Shown: positions 18,119 to 27,995, numbered from the stretch's first letter. The stretch: DNA of 30,641 bases from an uncultured Spirochaetota bacterium (GCA_963783575.1 CAWAOD010000002.1:1-30641), one strand, 5' to 3'. A program made the numbers and translations. The notes: generated by a model not told the origin, from the letters alone.

Positions 18119-19204
18119 TTATTTATTTTCCTCTAAAACTTTGTTGATCATCAGATCGTTAAACTTCTGAGCTTCTTCGAAGTTCGGCATATGAGCGGAA
18201 TTCTCAAACCAGAATAATTTTTTTTTCGGGGCTTTCAGCGCTTTAAAGTATTTTTCCGCCAGTTCGAAAGGCGCGTTATAATCATGACGACCTTCCATAA
18301 AATAAACCGGCATTTTCAATTCCGGGGCGGATATTATCAAATCATCCATTGTGAATTCTTGGGGCATCAGCATAATGAGGCTGCCTATAGCCCCTGCCAT
18401 AAACCCGAATAAATCAAACACATTTTCCTCCGGGCCAAATAAAGACTTGAGTATTAAATTATAATCTTTCTGCCCGTAAATGGCCCCGCCGTAATAAACC
18501 AGCCATTTTCTCTCAACCCCCATATCAGCAAGCAGCCGGCTTCCCTGAGCAGGATAATTTGTAAGAGACTGAAGTTCTTTCAATGCTTTAGAATTATTTT
18601 CTTTTTCCGCCATATCCAGGGTAAACTGATAGCTCACTATTTCATTGTCTCTGAAATTAACAACCTGGCCGATACCGATATAGGCTTTGATCCGTTCAGG
18701 ATATCTTTTGGCGATATTAATCCCCAGAAAACTGCCCCAGGAATGTCCGGCAAGGAAAATCTTGTCCTGATGAAACCGTTTACAGAGCATTTCTATCAGG
18801 TCATTACCGTCGGAAATAAACTGCTCCGGATTCATCGAGTCCTTCGGAATAAACGGATTATAAGATTTTCCCGTCCCGCGCTGGTCCCAGTTGACCACAA
18901 TAAAATAATTTTCCAGTTCCGAATTAAAATGCCTGACTAAAGGCATTTCGTCGGTTCCGGGCCCGCCATGTAGAAACAGGAGTATCGGACTTCTGTCATT
19001 TTTGCCCCGGATTAAAATAGTCTGTTCCATGCCGCCAAGCCGGATATGCTCCAGGGACGCCACGCTTCCGGGGAGAACATTACCGTCCGAACCTTTAAAC
19101 AGCGGAGTCTGCATAAAATGATAGGATAGAAACATGCCGGTAAACAGCACTAAGATCAGCAGAACGATTAATCCGGCAAGGCCTAAAAGAATTTTCTTAA
19201 TCAT
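18119..19204 (-). CDS. Membrane-anchored alpha/beta hydrolase (proline iminopeptidase-like)
   Basis: N-terminal TM; LHGGPG oxyanion motif, WDQRGTGKS, nucleophile GHSWG, GRHDY, FENSAH. Confidence 0.88.
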   Translation of the reverse strand: MIKKILLGLAGLIVLLILVLFTGMFLSYHFMQTPLFKGSDGNVLPGSVASLEHIRLGGMEQTILIRGKNDRSPILLFLHGGPGTDEMPLVRHFNSELENYFIVVNWDQRGTGKSYNPFIPKDSMNPEQFISDGNDLIEMLCKRFHQDKIFLAGHSWGSFLGINIAKRYPERIKAYIGIGQVVNFRDNEIVSYQFTLDMAEKENNSKALKELQSLTNYPAQGSRLLADMGVERKWLVYYGGAIYGQKDYNLILKSLFGPEENVFDLFGFMAGAIGSLIMLMPQEFTMDDLIISAPELKMPVYFMEGRHDYNAPFELAEKYFKALKAPKKKLFWFENSAHMPNFEEAQKFNDLMINKVLEENK

Positions 19205-19237
19205 TACAATTACTCCTTAATTTTATTTTCTATTTAT

Positions 19238-19780
19238 CTAATTTCTTCGTTTCTCAAATTCCTTCATAACTCTTTTTTGTGCTTGATTTTGTTCTTCATC
19301 TATTTCAAAACCGGCTTCTTCTTCAAATCCATCCTGCTCTATGCCGTCAAAACGGTACATTTTCTTCAAAAAGCCCCACAAGAGTTCCATTTCATCTTTT
19401 GTGAAATCCTTAAAAAGATCCAGAAAAAAGATTAGTCCTTTCTCACCGCATTCAATTGTTATATGTTTACCGGCCTCAGTTATTTTAACATTAACCGCTC
19501 GCTTATCCCGCGGGCTAGGTAACGTTACAACGTAATCCTTCTTTTCCAGATTGGTTACAAGCTGTTTTGCATTTTGTTTGGTGGTTCCTAATTTTCTCGC
19601 TATATTATTCAATGTTGACCCGTCTTCCGGTAAATGAAGAATTGCCATCATTGACATAAGCTGTCTTGAAGTTAATTTTTCAAGATACTTGTCTCCCTGT
19701 ACCTGAATCTTATTGGCAAGAGAAAAAAGAGTCGCGTAAACCTGTTGCATTAAAAATACTATTTCTTTCGGATTTTCCAT
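19238..19780 (-). CDS. MarR-family transcriptional regulator
   Basis: [30 protein letters not shown], wing [22 protein letters not shown]. Confidence 0.9.
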   Translation of the reverse strand: MENPKEIVFLMQQVYATLFSLANKIQVQGDKYLEKLTSRQLMSMMAILHLPEDGSTLNNIARKLGTTKQNAKQLVTNLEKKDYVVTLPSPRDKRAVNVKITEAGKHITIECGEKGLIFFLDLFKDFTKDEMELLWGFLKKMYRFDGIEQDGFEEEAGFEIDEEQNQAQKRVMKEFEKRRN

Positions 19781-19805
19781 ACTAATTTCTCCTTTTATAT
19801 AACAA

Positions 19806-19860
19806 ACAATATATTGTCTATTATTATAGTAATTGATTTAAATTTCGTCAATATATTGAC
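19806..19860 (-). promoter_or_regulatory. marR promoter with two palindromic operators
   Basis: Minus strand TTGACG (19846-19851)-N17-TATAAT (19823-19828); palindromes GTCAATATATTGAC (19847-19860) and ACAATATATTGT (19806-19817) share the core CAATATATTG. Confidence 0.75.
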
Positions 19861-19979
19861 TAATATTATTTCAGCTTTTCTGAGACATTAAGATGGTTTA
19901 AGAATGGAGTAAATAAATATGACATTATTAAGTTTAAAGGCTCCGGTTGTTTATCGAATAGGTACACTTGTAAAAAATA

Positions 19980-20010
19980 GGGCTGTGCCAGATAAAATCT
20001 GGAACAGCCC
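19980..20010 (-). terminator. Rho-independent terminator of the lacI-araB-araD-isomerase operon
   Basis: GGGCTGT-G-CCAGAT/ATCTGG-A-ACAGCCC stem, followed by TATTTTTT on the minus strand. Confidence 0.8.
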
Positions 20011-20062
20011 AAGCACACTTGCAGAACCGAAATAGGAGGGAGGATATATATTAGAAAAATGA

Positions 20063-21547
20063 TTAACTCAAAAAAGGATTTTCCGTTTTATAAAAAACCC
20101 CTGCGGGATGATTAAAGGAAACATCTTCAATGCCCAACATTTTTATAGCCGCAAAAATTGCTTTCCCGGCATGCTTGAATGCAATACCGGCATGATGCGG
20201 ATATCTTTTTTCAATAAGCACATGCCTGTAAAATCTGCCCATTTCTTCTATTGCAAAAACTGCAATTCCGCCAAAAGATTTCGGATTTATGTCCAGAATT
20301 TCACCCTGGGCGATGTATGCGCGAAGTACAGTATCCGCAGTCGACTGTAGCCTGAAAAGAGTTATATCACCTGGTTTTATCCGGCCTTCAAGAGTACCCC
20401 TTGTAATTTCCGGATCCTTTCCAGGCTCCATAAGACGATGCATAATAAGCTGATATTTCATATGGGAATTTGCCATACATGAAGATGCCGTATTTCCGCA
20501 GTGAAATCCCATAAAAAGGTCTGTCGGTTTGTATTTTTTTATTTTGCCTCCGGCTTCATCTATCATATCATAAGGCACAGTATTGTTTATATCGAGCAGA
20601 GTGGCAGGCAAATCTGTAGCGCAAACAGCTATGTATTCACTCAAAGCTCCGTATATGTCAACTTCACAGGAAACAGGTATTCCTCTTGATGCCATTCTTG
20701 AATTGATATAGCAGGGAACAAACCCAAAATATTTTTCAAAAGAAGGCCAGCATTTATTAGCGAAAATTCCGAATTCCGATGCCCCGAGATTCTTATCCAT
20801 AAAATTCGTCAGGGCGGCTTCGTATTGAGCCAGATTTTCAAGAAGCGCAGGATAAGTGTTACCTTTGCCCAGTTCTTTAGCCATACTTCCCGCAATCTCT
20901 TTTATCTTTGGATCCCCTTTTGCTGTTTGAAATATATCATATAAATCCAGTTCGCTATTTTCCATGATTTCAACGCCGATATCGTATAAAGGCTTTATCG
21001 GGGCATTACATGCCAGAAAATCCTGCGGACGAGGACCGAAAGAAAATATTTTCAGTTTTTTTAATCCGAGCATTATTTTTGTGACAGGTATAAAATCAGA
21101 AATCATACCGGCGACTTCATCGGCAACTCCTACAGGATATTCAGGAATATAAGGCTTTAGATGCCTTAATCCAATATTATAAGAAGCATTCAGCATCCCG
21201 CAATAGGCGTCGCCCCTGCCCCCGATCAAGTCTTTGCCTGTTTCTTCGGCGGCTGCAGTAAACATCACGGGACCGTCGAATTTTTGTGCAATTAAAGTTT
21301 CAGGACCTTCGGGGCCAAAGTTTCCAAGATAAACAACCAGGGCATTAATCTTTTTTTGCCTGATTTCATCAAGGGCTTTCAGTACATCGGCTTCATTTTC
21401 TATGGTGGTTTTCAGTTCGGTAATGCTTATGCCTTTTTTGACACATTCTTCCACAACCTTTGCTCTTCTTTTTTGTGATAATTCAATTGGAAAACAATCC
21501 CTGCTTACAGCTACAATCCCTAAACTAACTTTTGCGGTATTATCCAT
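20063..21547 (-). CDS. L-fucose/L-arabinose isomerase family protein (probable alternative L-arabinose isomerase)
   Basis: SRDCFP, GNFGPE, RGDAYCG, KCWP, CEVDIYG, FHCG and PHH motifs of the fucose-isomerase-like family; in an operon with araB and araD. Start placed at ATG 21547 (AGGAG RBS). Confidence 0.8.
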   Translation of the reverse strand: MDNTAKVSLGIVAVSRDCFPIELSQKRRAKVVEECVKKGISITELKTTIENEADVLKALDEIRQKKINALVVYLGNFGPEGPETLIAQKFDGPVMFTAAAEETGKDLIGGRGDAYCGMLNASYNIGLRHLKPYIPEYPVGVADEVAGMISDFIPVTKIMLGLKKLKIFSFGPRPQDFLACNAPIKPLYDIGVEIMENSELDLYDIFQTAKGDPKIKEIAGSMAKELGKGNTYPALLENLAQYEAALTNFMDKNLGASEFGIFANKCWPSFEKYFGFVPCYINSRMASRGIPVSCEVDIYGALSEYIAVCATDLPATLLDINNTVPYDMIDEAGGKIKKYKPTDLFMGFHCGNTASSCMANSHMKYQLIMHRLMEPGKDPEITRGTLEGRIKPGDITLFRLQSTADTVLRAYIAQGEILDINPKSFGGIAVFAIEEMGRFYRHVLIEKRYPHHAGIAFKHAGKAIFAAIKMLGIEDVSFNHPAGVFYKTENPFLS

Positions 21548-21579
21548 ATTCACTCTCCTAATAAATTTCATATTATAAC

Positions 21580-22275
21580 CTATTTCTGACCATAATAAGC
21601 ATTTTTACCATGTTTTCTTTTATAATGTTTATCTATTAATGATTTTTTCAGCCTTACAGAATTCGGATTAATCTGCAGTGTAAACAAAGCCATTTTTGCC
21701 AGTTCTTCAAGAACAACGCTGTTATAAACCGCTTTTTCAGGAGTTTTACCCCAGGTAAAAGGGCCATGACAGGCTACAAGCACCATTTCTACCTCTGTAT
21801 AGGAATAATTTTTGAACAATTCTATAATCTGATTTCCGGTTTCAACCTCATAATCTCCCTGAATCATTTTATCGCTCATAATTTTTGTACAGGGAATATC
21901 GACAGGCATATGATCCGCATGAGTGGTTCCAAAAATCGGAATCGGTTTTACGGCCTGTGCCCACGCTACGCTGTAAGTTGAATGGGTATGTACAATACCT
22001 CCAATCTCCGGAAAGTTTTTGTAAAGTATTGTATGCGTTTTTGTATCCGAAGAGTAGCGCAGTTTTCCCTCAATAACCCTGTTTTCAAAGTCTACAACAA
22101 CCATATCTTCCGGTTTTAATTCATCATATGGAACACCGCTGGGTTTTATGGCAAAAACCCCTTTTTCGCGATCAATAGCGCTTACATTTCCAAAAGTATA
22201 AACCACAAGTTTTTTCTTTGGAAGTTCCATATTACACAGCCAGGCTTTTTCCTTCAATTCATCAAATGAGCTCAC
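21580..22275 (-). CDS. araD: L-ribulose-5-phosphate 4-epimerase
   Basis: TFGNVS, IKPSGV, SSDTKTH, VHTHS, GTTHAD, HGPFTWG, RKHGKNAYYGQ. GTG 22275 preferred as start from its spacing to AGGAG. Confidence 0.95.
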   Translation of the reverse strand: MSSFDELKEKAWLCNMELPKKKLVVYTFGNVSAIDREKGVFAIKPSGVPYDELKPEDMVVVDFENRVIEGKLRYSSDTKTHTILYKNFPEIGGIVHTHSTYSVAWAQAVKPIPIFGTTHADHMPVDIPCTKIMSDKMIQGDYEVETGNQIIELFKNYSYTEVEMVLVACHGPFTWGKTPEKAVYNSVVLEELAKMALFTLQINPNSVRLKKSLIDKHYKRKHGKNAYYGQK

Positions 22276-22284
22276 AAACAACTC

Positions 22285-23964
22285 CTAATTTACCGTTTCG
22301 CTTTCAATAAACTGGGCGATTTTAGAATATCTGACATACAATTCAGAATACTTTTTAACATTCTCCGGAACTGGATTATATTCTTTTTCAAAACCGCTTC
22401 CCATCGCTTTTTGAGCATCAAGTATGTTATTATAAATCCCCGACACAACAGCCGCGAACATAGCAGCTCCAAGAGCGACAGCCTGTTCCGAGCGCGCAAC
22501 TTTAATCTTCATATTCAGCACATCGGCAACGACCTGCATTACAAAAGGAGATTTTTTCGCGACTCCGCCAAGCGCGATGACTCCTTTAATATCAACACCT
22601 TCTGAGATAAATCTATCTACGATCTTTTTTGTTCCAAATGCGGTTGCTTCGACAAGAGCGCGGAAAATTTTCGGCGCATCGCTCCCAAGATTTAAACCGG
22701 TTATTGCGCCTTTCAAAGCCTGGTTGGCATCGGGGGTTCTTCTTCCGTTCAGCCAGTCCAGAGCCACAATTCCGGACTCGCCGATTGGAATTTTTTCAGC
22801 TTCTGCCGTTAATGCAGGAATTATTTTATGTGAAATTTCCTCAATAAGTCCATCCATATTTTTAATTGAAGAAAAGCTGGTTTGTTTTAAGACATTTTCC
22901 ACAGGCCATAAAATAAGTTTTCTGAACCATGCGTATACATCACCAAAGGCCGATTGCCCTGCTTCCATACCCAACATCCCTGGAATAATGGAACCGTCGA
23001 CCTGGCCGCATATTCCATGTATCAATTTGTCACCGATTTCATTCATAGGAGCTACAAGCATATCGCATGTCGATGTTCCCATGACTTTACTGAACATATA
23101 CGGTTCGATCTCGCCGCCGACAGCTCCCATATGCGCATCAAAAGCACCGACACCAACCGCTGTATCAACAGAAAGACCCAGTTTTTTTGCCCATTCTGGA
23201 GTTAAATTCCCAACTTTAACATCACTTGTATATGTATCTTTGAAAAAACGGCTTCTTAAACCTTTAAGGAGCGGATCAAGCTTTTCCAGAAATTTCTCAT
23301 CAGGAAGGCCTCCAAATTTTTCATGCCACATAGCCTTATGCCCGGCGGCACAGCGGCTTCTTTTAATTGCGGCCGGGTTGGTATTCCCCGTCAGCAATGC
23401 TGGAATCCAGTCACAGTGCTCTACCCAGGAATATGCGGATTCCCTTACTTTTTCATCAACCCTGATTATATGGAGTATCTTGGCCCAGAACCATTCTGAT
23501 GAATATATCCCGCCTTCATATTTTGTAAAATCAATACCGCCCCAGTTTTTTGCCTTATAGTTGATCTCTTCGGCTTCCTTAACAGCGGTATGATCTTTCC
23601 ATAATATAAACATAGCGTTGGGATTATATTCAAAACCCCTGGTTAAAGATAGAGGCATTCCGTTTTTATCCACGGCAACAGGGGTTGAACCGGTCGTATC
23701 AATGGATATTCCTTTAATATTTTCAGCAGTGCCTTTTGGCGATTTCAAAAGAGAAGCCTTGATTGTTTCTTCAAGCCCTTCAATATAATCAAGGGGATGC
23801 TGTCTGAACTGGTTTTTTGCGGGATCACAAAAACTCCCGTTTTTCCATCTTGAGTAATAATGAATGGCACTTGCAATTTCTTTTCCATTTGAAGCATCCA
23901 CTATAACTGATCTAACCGAATCCGTTCCATAGTCAACACCGATTACATAATTTAATTCGCTCAT
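22285..23964 (-). CDS. araB: Ribulokinase (FGGY family)
   Basis: GVDYGTDSVR, FRQHP, LWKDHTA, YSSEWFWAK, CAAGHKAMW, MGTSTCD, GICGQVDGS, DWLNGRRTP. Confidence 0.95.
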   Translation of the reverse strand: MSELNYVIGVDYGTDSVRSVIVDASNGKEIASAIHYYSRWKNGSFCDPAKNQFRQHPLDYIEGLEETIKASLLKSPKGTAENIKGISIDTTGSTPVAVDKNGMPLSLTRGFEYNPNAMFILWKDHTAVKEAEEINYKAKNWGGIDFTKYEGGIYSSEWFWAKILHIIRVDEKVRESAYSWVEHCDWIPALLTGNTNPAAIKRSRCAAGHKAMWHEKFGGLPDEKFLEKLDPLLKGLRSRFFKDTYTSDVKVGNLTPEWAKKLGLSVDTAVGVGAFDAHMGAVGGEIEPYMFSKVMGTSTCDMLVAPMNEIGDKLIHGICGQVDGSIIPGMLGMEAGQSAFGDVYAWFRKLILWPVENVLKQTSFSSIKNMDGLIEEISHKIIPALTAEAEKIPIGESGIVALDWLNGRRTPDANQALKGAITGLNLGSDAPKIFRALVEATAFGTKKIVDRFISEGVDIKGVIALGGVAKKSPFVMQVVADVLNMKIKVARSEQAVALGAAMFAAVVSGIYNNILDAQKAMGSGFEKEYNPVPENVKKYSELYVRYSKIAQFIESETVN

Positions 23965-23999
23965 AATTTTTTCTCCAGCTTTTTAATTTTAAATCCACC

Positions 24000-25049
24000 T
24001 CAATATCCATTGTAATAAATAAAGTTTTCCTTTGTTATTATTTCTAAAGGCATCATAATACTTTTTTCACAGGGTTCCTGAAGGACTATAGAGCGATATA
24101 AAGTGTATATACCTTCATATCCCTGAGTTTCCGCTTTCTGGCTGATTATGAAATCTATTATACCTTCATTTAAGTATTCAATATTATCCCGTACAAGATC
24201 ATATCCTATCAAATGAATTTTACGGTTACTAATTTTATTTTTTAAGTATTCGCCGGCATTATGTACGGAAACATTTGTAACGAATATACCTTTCAAATCT
24301 TTATTCTCTGCAAAAATATCATCCATCAATTTAAAAAATGTATCCTTATCGCTATGATTTGATAATTCATATGTTACAAGCCTTATACCAGTTTCATTTT
24401 CAAAATAAAATTTAAATCCTTCAGCCCTTTTCATGATGTGATAGTCATCATGAAATGCCAGAATGACAGCAATAATTCCCTTTTTTCCAACCATCAATTT
24501 CATAAGCTTGCCGCAAATAACACCGCTTTGAAAAGAATCCTGGCCTATAAAAGACAAAGCTTTTTCTCCGGGAATATTTGCATCAAAAAATACATAAGGT
24601 ATATTATCAGGTATCCTTTGCAGAAATTCCTTTATAGCCTGATATAATACAGGAGCTATTAAAATCCCGTCAGCTTCCGAATCCAGAACTTTACTGCCTG
24701 CACGTTTAAATGAATTCTCCGAATATCTGTCGTAAAACATATATTTCAGTTTCACATGATATGGTTTAAGTTCATTTTGAGCCTTCTCCATACCTTTCAC
24801 TGTCATTTCCCAATATCTGCTGTCCTGAAAGGGTTTAGGCATTAAAACTGCAAAATTAAATACCTTTGACATAGAAAGACGTCTTGCAAAAATATTCGGT
24901 TTATAACCGGATTCTTTGATAACTCGCAATACTTTATCGGTTGTTTCTTTCGATACCCTTCCTCTTCTATGGACGACACGGTCCACTGTTCCGATTGAAA
25001 CATCAGCCTTTTGAGCGACATCCTTTATAGTAATCAATATTTTCTCCAA
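24000..25049 (-). CDS. LacI-family transcriptional regulator
   Basis: TIKDVAQKADVSIGTVDRVVHRRGRVS HTH, hinge YKPNIFAR, periplasmic-binding-fold C-terminus. TTG start at 25049 or, with a better RBS, 25037. Confidence 0.92.
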   Translation of the reverse strand: MEKILITIKDVAQKADVSIGTVDRVVHRRGRVSKETTDKVLRVIKESGYKPNIFARRLSMSKVFNFAVLMPKPFQDSRYWEMTVKGMEKAQNELKPYHVKLKYMFYDRYSENSFKRAGSKVLDSEADGILIAPVLYQAIKEFLQRIPDNIPYVFFDANIPGEKALSFIGQDSFQSGVICGKLMKLMVGKKGIIAVILAFHDDYHIMKRAEGFKFYFENETGIRLVTYELSNHSDKDTFFKLMDDIFAENKDLKGIFVTNVSVHNAGEYLKNKISNRKIHLIGYDLVRDNIEYLNEGIIDFIISQKAETQGYEGIYTLYRSIVLQEPCEKSIMMPLEIITKENFIYYNGY

Positions 25050-25058
25050 AAATGATTA

Positions 25059-25181
25059 ACGTACACGCATATTATAATTTATATAGTTACAATTTGTCAA
25101 TAGCTAGATAAAATATATTTAATTTTATATCTTATTACAGAGTAAGTGATTATAAAATTATGGGTGATCTACGTACACGCA
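25059..25181 (-). promoter_or_regulatory. lacI-ara operon promoter with two copies of ACGTACACGCA (candidate operators)
   Basis: Minus strand TTGACA (25095-25100)-N18-TATAAT (25071-25076); identical 11-mer at 25059-25069 (over the predicted +1) and 25171-25181. Confidence 0.65.
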
Positions 25182-25346
25182 ACTGAAAATAACACATTTA
25201 TGTGAACATTTTTTGCTTTAATTGATCAAGATAATAAAATAAGCTGGAAAATTTATTCTTTAGCTTTTCTACTATAGTTTTTTGCCGACTTTAAAAAACA
25301 ATCGCTCAGATCAGGGTTAATATAACGTCTGATATATTTCAAGGAA

Positions 25347-25375
25347 TTGACTTTCAAATTGAGCTATTATATAAT
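25347..25375 (+). promoter_or_regulatory. Consensus sigma-70 promoter with no downstream CDS
   Basis: TTGACT (25347-25352)-N17-TATAAT (25370-25375). Confidence 0.6.
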
Positions 25376-25379
25376 TATT

Positions 25380-25484
25380 TCAGGAAAGGTAGGAGGAATA
25401 TTATTTCGAAGTTAATTTCCTTTTAGAAAGTGTGAATAAAACCAACCATTCTTCACCTTTATCCTACCTTTCCTGATTTATTTT
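25380..25484 (+). ncRNA. Candidate ~100-nt structured small RNA
   Basis: Begins at the predicted +1 of the promoter above; perfect 15-bp terminal inverted repeat (25380-25394 / 25462-25476) enclosing two possible internal stems; T-rich tail. Confidence 0.45.
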
Positions 25485-25491
25485 AGCATTA

Positions 25492-26466
25492 TTAAGACTT
25501 TTTGCCCTGTCTGACCTGGTCAAATATGACGGCAACAAGAAGAATTACACCTTTAGCCAGATATTGGTAAAATGTCGGAATCCCAAGAAGATTCATTGCG
25601 TTCTGGACAGATCCCATAATCATAACTCCGACAATGGTACCTATAATCGTACCAACCCCTCCCATCAGCGATACGCCCCCAAGAACGCATGCTGAAATGC
25701 AGTCAAGCGAAAATCCAGCTGAGCTGTTAGGCTGACCGCTCGTCATTCTAGAGGCAAGAATTATACCCGCAAGGCCGGCCATAAATCCCTGTATTGTAAA
25801 TATCATTATTTTTATTCTATCAACATTTATACCGGCAAGCCTGGCAGCCTCCTTATTGCCTCCGATAGCCATTGTATTCCTTCCATAAGTTGTTTTATTT
25901 AGAAGAAATCCAAAAACTATAAAAACTATTATGGTAATCCAGATGGGATTGGGTACGGAAAGAAACCGGCCGTTGCCAAGCACAAAAAATTGTTCTTTGT
26001 TTATTCCAACGGAACTTCCGTTTGAGGTAATAAAAGCTACACCTTTAACAATATAGAGCATCGCAAGAGTTGTTATCAGCGAATTGATTTTAAGCTTTGC
26101 GACAACAATACCGCTTACTAATCCTGCCGCGCCGCCCGCAAGAAGACCGCATAAAACACCAAAATAAATGTTTCCTGTCTTGCTTATAATCACAGCGGTG
26201 AGAACACCCGCCAGAACAACAATGCCTTCAACCGATAGATCAACCTCGGCGGCGCCAAGACAGAAAAGCATTGTGCTCGCTACCATACCAACCATCGATA
26301 TTGAAAGAACCAGACCGATAATATTCTGCACTGTAAAGAAATATGGAACAAAAATCGATAGTAAAATGAATAGGATTAAAAACACCACCAGCATACCCGC
26401 ATTTTCCCATATACTTTTTAAACTGAAGGTACTTTTTTTTGAAATAGCTACATCGTTTGTCTTCAT
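25492..26466 (-). CDS. araH: L-arabinose ABC transporter permease
   Basis: IWENAGMLVVF, GMVASTMLFCL, DLSV, KINSLITTLA, AIGGNKEAARLAG, SRMTSGQP, ISACVLGGVSL. Confidence 0.9.
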   Translation of the reverse strand: MKTNDVAISKKSTFSLKSIWENAGMLVVFLILFILLSIFVPYFFTVQNIIGLVLSISMVGMVASTMLFCLGAAEVDLSVEGIVVLAGVLTAVIISKTGNIYFGVLCGLLAGGAAGLVSGIVVAKLKINSLITTLAMLYIVKGVAFITSNGSSVGINKEQFFVLGNGRFLSVPNPIWITIIVFIVFGFLLNKTTYGRNTMAIGGNKEAARLAGINVDRIKIMIFTIQGFMAGLAGIILASRMTSGQPNSSAGFSLDCISACVLGGVSLMGGVGTIIGTIVGVMIMGSVQNAMNLLGIPTFYQYLAKGVILLVAVIFDQVRQGKKS

Positions 26467-26489
26467 AAATGCATTCCTCTATAAATAAA

Positions 26490-27995
26490 TTATTTTTCTT
26501 CCGTCTCTGACAACGGCAAAGCTAATTGCAGCAATTTTTCCTGGGTTGCCTCACTTCGATTTAATGAACCTACTATTTTTCCCTCTTTCATTACTATGAT
26601 ACGGTCGCATATACCCAGAATTTCCGGCAGTTCGCTGGAAACCACAACCACACCGAACCCTTCTTCTGCAAGGCTGAAGATTATAGAATATATTTCCGTC
26701 TTCGCACCGACATCAATGCCTCTGGTCGGTTCGTCCATAAGAATTATTTTTATATTTTCAGACAGCCATCTTGCCAGAATGACCTTTTGCTGATTTCCAC
26801 CGGAAAGGTTCATCGCTAATTGGTTAAGACGCGGGGTTTTTATATTGAGTTTTTTGATAAATTTTATTGCATTATCTATTTCCTTCTTATTATTAATCAT
26901 AAAACCGAAATTTGAAAAAAGCCTTCTCACACTTATATTAATATTCTCCAGAACAGAGCGGATTGGAATAATACCTTCCTGTTTTCTGTCTTCCGGGCAA
27001 TATGTTAGGCCGTTTCTTATCGAATCCCTGACGTTATTGATAATGATTTCTTTACCGAGAATCTTTATTTTTCCTGAATTCTTCGGGGTGCTGCCATAGA
27101 CAAGCTTCATCAGTTCCGTCCTGCCAGCTCCGATCAAACCAAAAAAGCCTACAATCTCGCCGGCAGCAACAGAAAAACCGGCAGGTTGTTTCAAACCCGG
27201 GCCCATGATATTTTCTACTTCAAGAATCGGTTCTCCGGTTTTTCTGGGTTTGTAATTATAGATATCCGTTATTGAACGTCCGACCATGTTTTTAACTAAT
27301 AGATCTCTTGTTACATTTTCTATCGTTTCAAAGTTTTGTACAAGCTTGCCATCTCTGAAAACAGTAACCGAATCGCAAATTTCAAATACCTCTTCGAGTC
27401 TATGGGATACATATATAATAGTGCGCCCCTTGTTTTTCAGATCCTTCACAACCGCAAATAATCTTCTTACTTCCCTATCAGAAAGGCTTGAAGTCGGTTC
27501 ATCAAAAACGATAATTTTTGCATCCTGCAACAGCGCTTTGGCAATTTCTATCATCTGGCGCTGGCCGATCGATAAATTTTTCAATTTTATCGACGGCTCA
27601 ATATTTTCACCTATAGTTTTCAAAATTTTTAATGAAGTCTCTATCATCTTCTTTTTATTCACTATGCCGAAATTAGTCGGGTATTTACCTAATAACAGGT
27701 TCTCAGCAACCGTCATTTCCGGAACCAGGTTCAATTCCTGGTAGATTGCGGCAACCCCGGCATTAAGCGCTTCTTTTGTATTTTTAAAAAATTGTTTTTT
27801 TTCCCCGAAAATAATATTACCAGATGTTGGCACATAGGCGCCGCTTAATATTTTCAGTAAAGTTGATTTTCCAGCGCCATTTTCTCCAACCAATCCATGA
27901 ACACTGCCTTCTTTTACACCGAATGAAACACCGTCCAATGCCCTGACTCCTGGAAAATCCTTTGAAACAGAATTGAATTTCAAGTAAGCTTCCAT
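26490..27995 (-). CDS. araG: L-arabinose ABC transporter ATPase
   Basis: GSVHGLVGENGAGKSTLLKILSG, LVPEMTVAENLLLG, FDEPTSSLS, YVSHR, LSGGNQQKVILARWLSE, DEPTRGIDVGAK. Confidence 0.92.
   Translation of the reverse strand: MEAYLKFNSVSKDFPGVRALDGVSFGVKEGSVHGLVGENGAGKSTLLKILSGAYVPTSGNIIFGEKKQFFKNTKEALNAGVAAIYQELNLVPEMTVAENLLLGKYPTNFGIVNKKKMIETSLKILKTIGENIEPSIKLKNLSIGQRQMIEIAKALLQDAKIIVFDEPTSSLSDREVRRLFAVVKDLKNKGRTIIYVSHRLEEVFEICDSVTVFRDGKLVQNFETIENVTRDLLVKNMVGRSITDIYNYKPRKTGEPILEVENIMGPGLKQPAGFSVAAGEIVGFFGLIGAGRTELMKLVYGSTPKNSGKIKILGKEIIINNVRDSIRNGLTYCPEDRKQEGIIPIRSVLENINISVRRLFSNFGFMINNKKEIDNAIKFIKKLNIKTPRLNQLAMNLSGGNQQKVILARWLSENIKIILMDEPTRGIDVGAKTEIYSIIFSLAEEGFGVVVVSSELPEILGICDRIIVMKEGKIVGSLNRSEATQEKLLQLALPLSETEEK

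Noticed and set aside
20034..20043. Plus-strand AGGAGGGAGG (anti-SD-like on the mRNA strand) in the isomerase 3' UTR
   Set aside because: No start codon or ORF follows it, and there is no other support for a 3'-UTR sRNA.
22577..23560. 327-aa plus-strand ORF
   Set aside because: Entirely antisense to araB; no recognisable motifs or RBS; a typical shadow ORF.
25423..25449. Minus-strand 8-codon ORF MVGFIHTF inside the candidate sRNA
   Set aside because: Very short, poorly spaced RBS and no other evidence; easily arises by chance.
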